From: an uncultured Chitinophagaceae bacterium
Lineage (GTDB): Bacteria; Bacteroidota; Ignavibacteria; UBA10030; UBA8401
DNA length: 64,000 bases
Assembly: GCA_964371615.1 (NCBI GenBank)
Contig: CAYJMS010000003.1
Location: 66,629 to 130,628, forward strand
Reading direction: 5' to 3'
The notes below the pieces were generated by a model. It did not search any database. It worked only from the letters and a program-made list of their open reading frames with translations, and was not told where the DNA came from. The position numbers and the translations under genes are program-made. Positions 59,914 through 64,000 of this stretch are shown piece by piece. The stretch's first letter is position 1. Each line of letters opens with the position of its first letter.

Positions 59914-60804
59914 ATGAGAATCAGAACGTTAGCATTGTGCCTTGCATTTTCTACCGCCACGGCATTTGCACAGCATGATTCTGCTGCGTGGTATCATCCG
60001 CTGCATGTCGGAAATGAGTGGATATACAAAACAACTTATTCACAAACTAATTTCCCGAATCCTCCTGTGTCATCCGTTGATTTCCTCCATCGGATTATAG
60101 AGCGCGACACGGTTATTGATAATGCTGTTTGGGCAATAATCCGGTACGATTATATAAAAGCGGGTGAATCCGGTTCAACACGGGAGCGGTACGACACGCT
60201 CTCCTCCCGGTTTTTCATCGGCAGCGATTTTATCGACAGTGTGCGATGTATTCTTCCGAGCGTTCAGTTTGGATCGCCCATGCCCGTGACGGTCCAGAGC
60301 GTCTATGCGGATACCATCGTATCAATACCAACTGTCAGTCGGCATTTAAAGATGTGGGTAACCGGTGCTCAGCGTGAATGGATATTTTCGTACGGTCTCG
60401 GCATGACTTCGATGATATCCGGTGACGGTGATATATTTTTCGGAAGCGGCAGCCAATCATCCTTGGCATATGCAAAAATCAACGGTGTGGAATACGGCAC
60501 CGAACCGCTTACTGTGAATGACGAGTCAAATGTAATTCCGAAATATTTTGCATTGCATCAAAACTATCCCAATCCCTTCAATCCGTCAACGACAATCACA
60601 TTCAATATACCATCGAACATGGATATATCGCTAAAAGTATATACTGTGATCGGTATGGAAACGACGTCGATCGCTGGCGGAAAGTATCCGGCAGGGATTC
60701 ATTCCGTCCAATGGCGCCCGGATGGGTTGGCCAGCGGTGTCTATTTTTACACGTTGCGTGCCGGAAAATTCTCTCAAACCAAAAAACTCATCTTGTTAAA
60801 ATGA
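59914..60804 (+). CDS. hypothetical T9SS-sorted secreted protein
   Basis: Trimmed to ATG 59914 after a GGAGGA RBS (MRIRTLALCLAFSTATAFAQ). C-terminal NYPNPFNPSTTITFNIP. Confidence 0.7.
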   Translation: MRIRTLALCLAFSTATAFAQHDSAAWYHPLHVGNEWIYKTTYSQTNFPNPPVSSVDFLHRIIERDTVIDNAVWAIIRYDYIKAGESGSTRERYDTLSSRFFIGSDFIDSVRCILPSVQFGSPMPVTVQSVYADTIVSIPTVSRHLKMWVTGAQREWIFSYGLGMTSMISGDGDIFFGSGSQSSLAYAKINGVEYGTEPLTVNDESNVIPKYFALHQNYPNPFNPSTTITFNIPSNMDISLKVYTVIGMETTSIAGGKYPAGIHSVQWRPDGLASGVYFYTLRAGKFSQTKKLILLK

Positions 60805-62060
60805 GGGGAATACTTTTTTATATCACTTTGATCAGTTTTACTTTCCACGAAGGCGAGGCACAATGGAAACAGGTCAACGGACCGGCGGCGAATTGGATAT
60901 TATCAATGTTCACTTTCGATTCTCTCATACTGGTATCCTCCTTCCTGACGTACAGTAGCACCGGATACGATCATGCGTGGAATGATTCTGTAGTCTATGG
61001 CAGTGTTCATTGCGCCATCAAAAGCGATTCTCACCTGGTGGTGGCCGGACATACGATTTCCTATTCTACCGACCATGGTCAATCATGGACGGAATCGGCA
61101 GGATTAAGACATGTCGATCTTTATGACCCGGGCAGAAGCATCTCCTATCAGGCACTTTTCAGGCACGATAACAGCCTGTATGCTCAATATGATTATACAT
61201 CGGATGAATATTCGCTAAGCAAGGTGATCTATTCAAACGATAACGGCGTGACATGGCTGGAGGCATGGGCATATCCCACCGATATTGTTGCGGATTTGTG
61301 GATTTCTGCCGACTCGTTTTTTATTGCGTACAAGAGTGGGACCGGATTTCTCCGAAAGACAACGAGCAATATATATTGGGATTCGATCAATACCGAATTG
61401 GGCAATGTCGATGTCCGAAGTATTCTCATTGACAGTGACAGGGATCCGGAAGGATATCCCCTTCTCTTCGCTCTCACTTCCGCGGGACTGTACCGGTCAA
61501 ACGATTACGGTGTCCATTGGACATTGGTATCAAGCATGTTGGATCTCACGACAATGCAAAAACTCTGGTCAATAAATGGATATCTCTTTGCCTCATCATA
61601 TTCAGGTATATACAATTCTTCGGACAAAGGCATACACTGGACAGATATTGATTCCGGTTTGACCAAGACATTGGTAACGCACCTGTCCGTTTACGGGAAC
61701 GACCTCCTGGCGGCGACTAATGCGGGATTATGGCGCCGTCCCATTTCGGAAATCACTTCGGTGAACGAATATTCGACCCGCGCCCCCGCCGGTTTTGCGT
61801 TACATCAGAACTACCCCAATCCATTCAATCCATCAACGATGATTTCATTCTCCATTCCAGACTTTGGAGCGAGAAATGTCCTGATCCTGCGAATATTTGA
61901 TATGCTCGGACGTGATATTCGGACACTCGTCAACGAACCGCTCCCTCCCGGCAGGCATTCCGTCCGCTTTGATGCGACAGGACTTGCAACAGGGTTGTAT
62001 TTTTACCACATTCAGTCAGGAACATTTGCCGATACGAAGAAGATGATGTACATTAATTAG
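60801..62060 (+). CDS. BNR/sialidase-like repeat protein with T9SS C-terminal tail
   Basis: Trimmed to ATG 60801 (ATGA overlap). Four SxDxGxxW motifs (STDHGQSW, SNDNGVTW, SNDYGVHW, SSDKGIHW). C-terminal NYPNPFNPSTMISFSIP. Confidence 0.75.
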   Translation: MRGILFYITLISFTFHEGEAQWKQVNGPAANWILSMFTFDSLILVSSFLTYSSTGYDHAWNDSVVYGSVHCAIKSDSHLVVAGHTISYSTDHGQSWTESAGLRHVDLYDPGRSISYQALFRHDNSLYAQYDYTSDEYSLSKVIYSNDNGVTWLEAWAYPTDIVADLWISADSFFIAYKSGTGFLRKTTSNIYWDSINTELGNVDVRSILIDSDRDPEGYPLLFALTSAGLYRSNDYGVHWTLVSSMLDLTTMQKLWSINGYLFASSYSGIYNSSDKGIHWTDIDSGLTKTLVTHLSVYGNDLLAATNAGLWRRPISEITSVNEYSTRAPAGFALHQNYPNPFNPSTMISFSIPDFGARNVLILRIFDMLGRDIRTLVNEPLPPGRHSVRFDATGLATGLYFYHIQSGTFADTKKMMYIN

Positions 62061-62087
62061 ACTTTACTCACAACAAAGGAATACCGC

Positions 62088-62585
62088 ATGAAACTCGAAA
62101 AGACAGTGCTGAAAGCGATGAACGAGCAGATCAACAAGGAGCTCTATTCATCATACCTTTATCTTGCGATGTCCGCTTGGTGCGAATCCGAGGGTTATCC
62201 CGGTTGCGCTAAGTGGCTGAAGGTACAGAGCGAGGAAGAGAACGATCATGCGATGAAGATCTACCATTTCATCCACGAGCGGGGCGGCAAGGTCGATTTG
62301 GATGCGATTGACAAACCGAAGAACGAGTTTAAAAATCTCTCCGCGTTGTTCTCGATGGTGTTGGAACACGAACAAAAAGTAAGCGCTTCGATCACCTCGT
62401 TGTACGAAACGGCAATGAAAGCGAACGATTATCCGACACAAATCATGCTGCAATGGTTCATTTCCGAACAGGTGGAAGAGGAAAAGAATGCGAACGAAGT
62501 AGTCGACCTCCTGAAAAAGGTCGGCGATTCCCCTGTCAGCCTGATGATGTTCGACCGGCAAATGGGAGCGCGGACGGAGAAATAA
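62088..62585 (+). CDS. non-heme ferritin
   Basis: 165 aa. Ferroxidase-centre pattern ELYSSYLYLAMSAW...QSEEENDHAMK...LEHEQKV. Confidence 0.9.
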   Translation: MKLEKTVLKAMNEQINKELYSSYLYLAMSAWCESEGYPGCAKWLKVQSEEENDHAMKIYHFIHERGGKVDLDAIDKPKNEFKNLSALFSMVLEHEQKVSASITSLYETAMKANDYPTQIMLQWFISEQVEEEKNANEVVDLLKKVGDSPVSLMMFDRQMGARTEK

Positions 62586-62612
62586 TTCCGTCTATCGAGA
62601 TGGTGCTTTCCG

Positions 62613-62652
62613 GGTCTCACAGAATAGTATATATCCTGTGAGACCTTTTTTT
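62613..62652 (+). terminator. Rho-independent terminator of the ferritin gene
   Basis: GGTCTCACAG-aatagtatatatc-CTGTGAGACC followed by TTTTTTT. Confidence 0.8.
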
Positions 62653-62760
62653 GCCCTCTCGACTCTCCTCTCACACCATGTTATATTTCTATAGTGTGTG
62701 ATGAGAATCAATGTATGGGTAATTTGTAACCTATGTTAGTATGTTTTAGAATAATATTTC

Positions 62761-62789
62761 TTGACAATCCTTACCTACAACCGTATCTT
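62761..62789 (+). promoter_or_regulatory. sigma70-like promoter candidate
   Basis: TTGACA, a 17-nt spacer, then TATCTT, about 40 nt upstream of ATG 62827. FCB-group promoters may follow a different consensus. Confidence 0.3.
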
Positions 62790-62826
62790 ATTACGCATAA
62801 TTTTCATCTCACAGGGGGATCCACCA

Positions 62827-64000
62827 ATGAAGTATCTCAAATTTCTTGCCGTTACGGCGGCATTCATGATTATTTTGTCCGGTTGCGACAGTCCTAATCA
62901 ACCTACAACTGATCAACTCCAATCCACATCAGCAGAAGAATTGTCCCTGGCAAAAAAGGGGGACAAAAACAATAAGGGCATAAACTCCCGGTTCGAATGC
63001 ACCGATGTTGCACCGTTGATGACGGGAAAAAATGTCCGTGCCGGAACGGTAACGGTGACGAACGACGGCAGTACATTGTATGTGACGTACACTGTCTCCG
63101 GCGGTTGGACACTGACAAAAACACATTTGAACATCTCGCGCGGAATCTTTACCCGTCATGACGGATCCGGCCGTGTTAATGTAAAACAAAACCATGCGTC
63201 CGGCACGACGACGTACACCTATGCGATACCGATGCAGTGGACTGCAGGATCGAAGGTCTATATTAAAGCCCACGCCGACGTAAAGAAAAACAGAACCACG
63301 GAAGTCGCCTGCGGCGGGAGGAACGGCAGGAAACATAAAGGACATTGGTTTGCCTTTTTCCGCTACATGATAAAAGGCGCACCGCCGGCAACATATGATA
63401 TCTCCGGCGTTACGTTTATCGACGAAAACTCCAACGGCGAACAGGATGCCGAAGAAGAAGGACTCGCGGGAGTTCCTCTCTCTCTCAGCAACGGATGGAC
63501 GACCATCTCCGATCTCAACGGCGAATATTCGTTCTCCGGACTCTCCAACGGAACGTATACGGTCACGGCGGGAGTGATGAGCGGCTATATGCTCACCACC
63601 GATGCCAGCGTTCCCGTTGCGATTTCCGGCGCAAGCCAGTCGGCAGATTTCGGTTATGCAACGAACGTTGCACCCCCGACAACGTACGCTCTATCCGGTT
63701 TCGTCTTTGTCGATGCCAATGATAACGGAGTGAAGGACGACGGTGAAGAAGGATTGCCGGGAATCAATGTCGAATTGCAAAACGGATCCACCGCGGTGAC
63801 GGGAGCGGACGGCGATTATGAGTTTACCGGTTTGACCAACGGAACATACACGGTTACCATTCCCGACCAAAAAGGCTTTACCGCACTGACGCCGCTCTCG
63901 CAGAACGTCACGATTTCCGGTGCGGATCAATCATTGAACTTCCGTTTCGGATTATTATCTCTTTCAATTTCCGGCGTGTTGTTTTATGATGTGAATAACA
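62827..64000 (+). CDS. lipoprotein with SdrD B-like/Cna-B-like repeats (C-terminus beyond window)
   Basis: Own translation: MKYLKFLAVTAAFMIILSGCDSPNQ..., then repeated units of the form SG(V/F)xFxDxNxNGxxDxxEEGLxGVxxxLxNG...DGxYxFxGLxNGTYTV. No stop before 64000, so it is absent from the ORF track. Confidence 0.7.
   Translation, partial: MKYLKFLAVTAAFMIILSGCDSPNQPTTDQLQSTSAEELSLAKKGDKNNKGINSRFECTDVAPLMTGKNVRAGTVTVTNDGSTLYVTYTVSGGWTLTKTHLNISRGIFTRHDGSGRVNVKQNHASGTTTYTYAIPMQWTAGSKVYIKAHADVKKNRTTEVACGGRNGRKHKGHWFAFFRYMIKGAPPATYDISGVTFIDENSNGEQDAEEEGLAGVPLSLSNGWTTISDLNGEYSFSGLSNGTYTVTAGVMSGYMLTTDASVPVAISGASQSADFGYATNVAPPTTYALSGFVFVDANDNGVKDDGEEGLPGINVELQNGSTAVTGADGDYEFTGLTNGTYTVTIPDQKGFTALTPLSQNVTISGADQSLNFRFGLLSLSISGVLFYDVNN

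Overview
Chromosomal segment with about 50 protein genes on both strands. I saw no rRNA, tRNA or CRISPR array by eye. The content fits a proteolytic, saccharolytic FCB-group bacterium, most like Ignavibacteria/Melioribacter-type genomes. That placement is an inference from five T9SS C-terminal sorting tails of the YPNPFNPST type, a sucrose synthase/SPS operon and the repeat families.

Main coding blocks:
- hutI and hutU, separated by a ~1260-aa hybrid sensor kinase.
- A three-gene corrinoid methyltransferase module (URO-D-like methyltransferase, corrinoid protein, stand-alone homocysteine S-methyltransferase domain) next to a PLP decarboxylase.
- A RAYT-type Y1 transposase gene abutting a perfect 36-bp GTAG palindrome.
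- Many secreted peptidases (S9, M64, M1, an M16 pair, M28, S41).
- prfC, GH97, GH3, a split saccharopine pathway (LKR + SDH), an MscS channel, a fructokinase-SPS-sucrose synthase operon and ferritin.

The most unusual signal is non-coding. Nearly every long intergenic spacer is filled with nested palindromic REP-like repeats of at least eight families. A 121-162-bp four-hairpin element with terminal inverted repeats (MITE-like) occurs four times in one orientation, and three of those copies bracket and split an AT-rich island of two orphan genes.

All functional calls come from motif recognition on the supplied translations. No database search was possible, and starts were adjusted by hand where the track ORF began at TTG/GTG or overlapped a neighbour.
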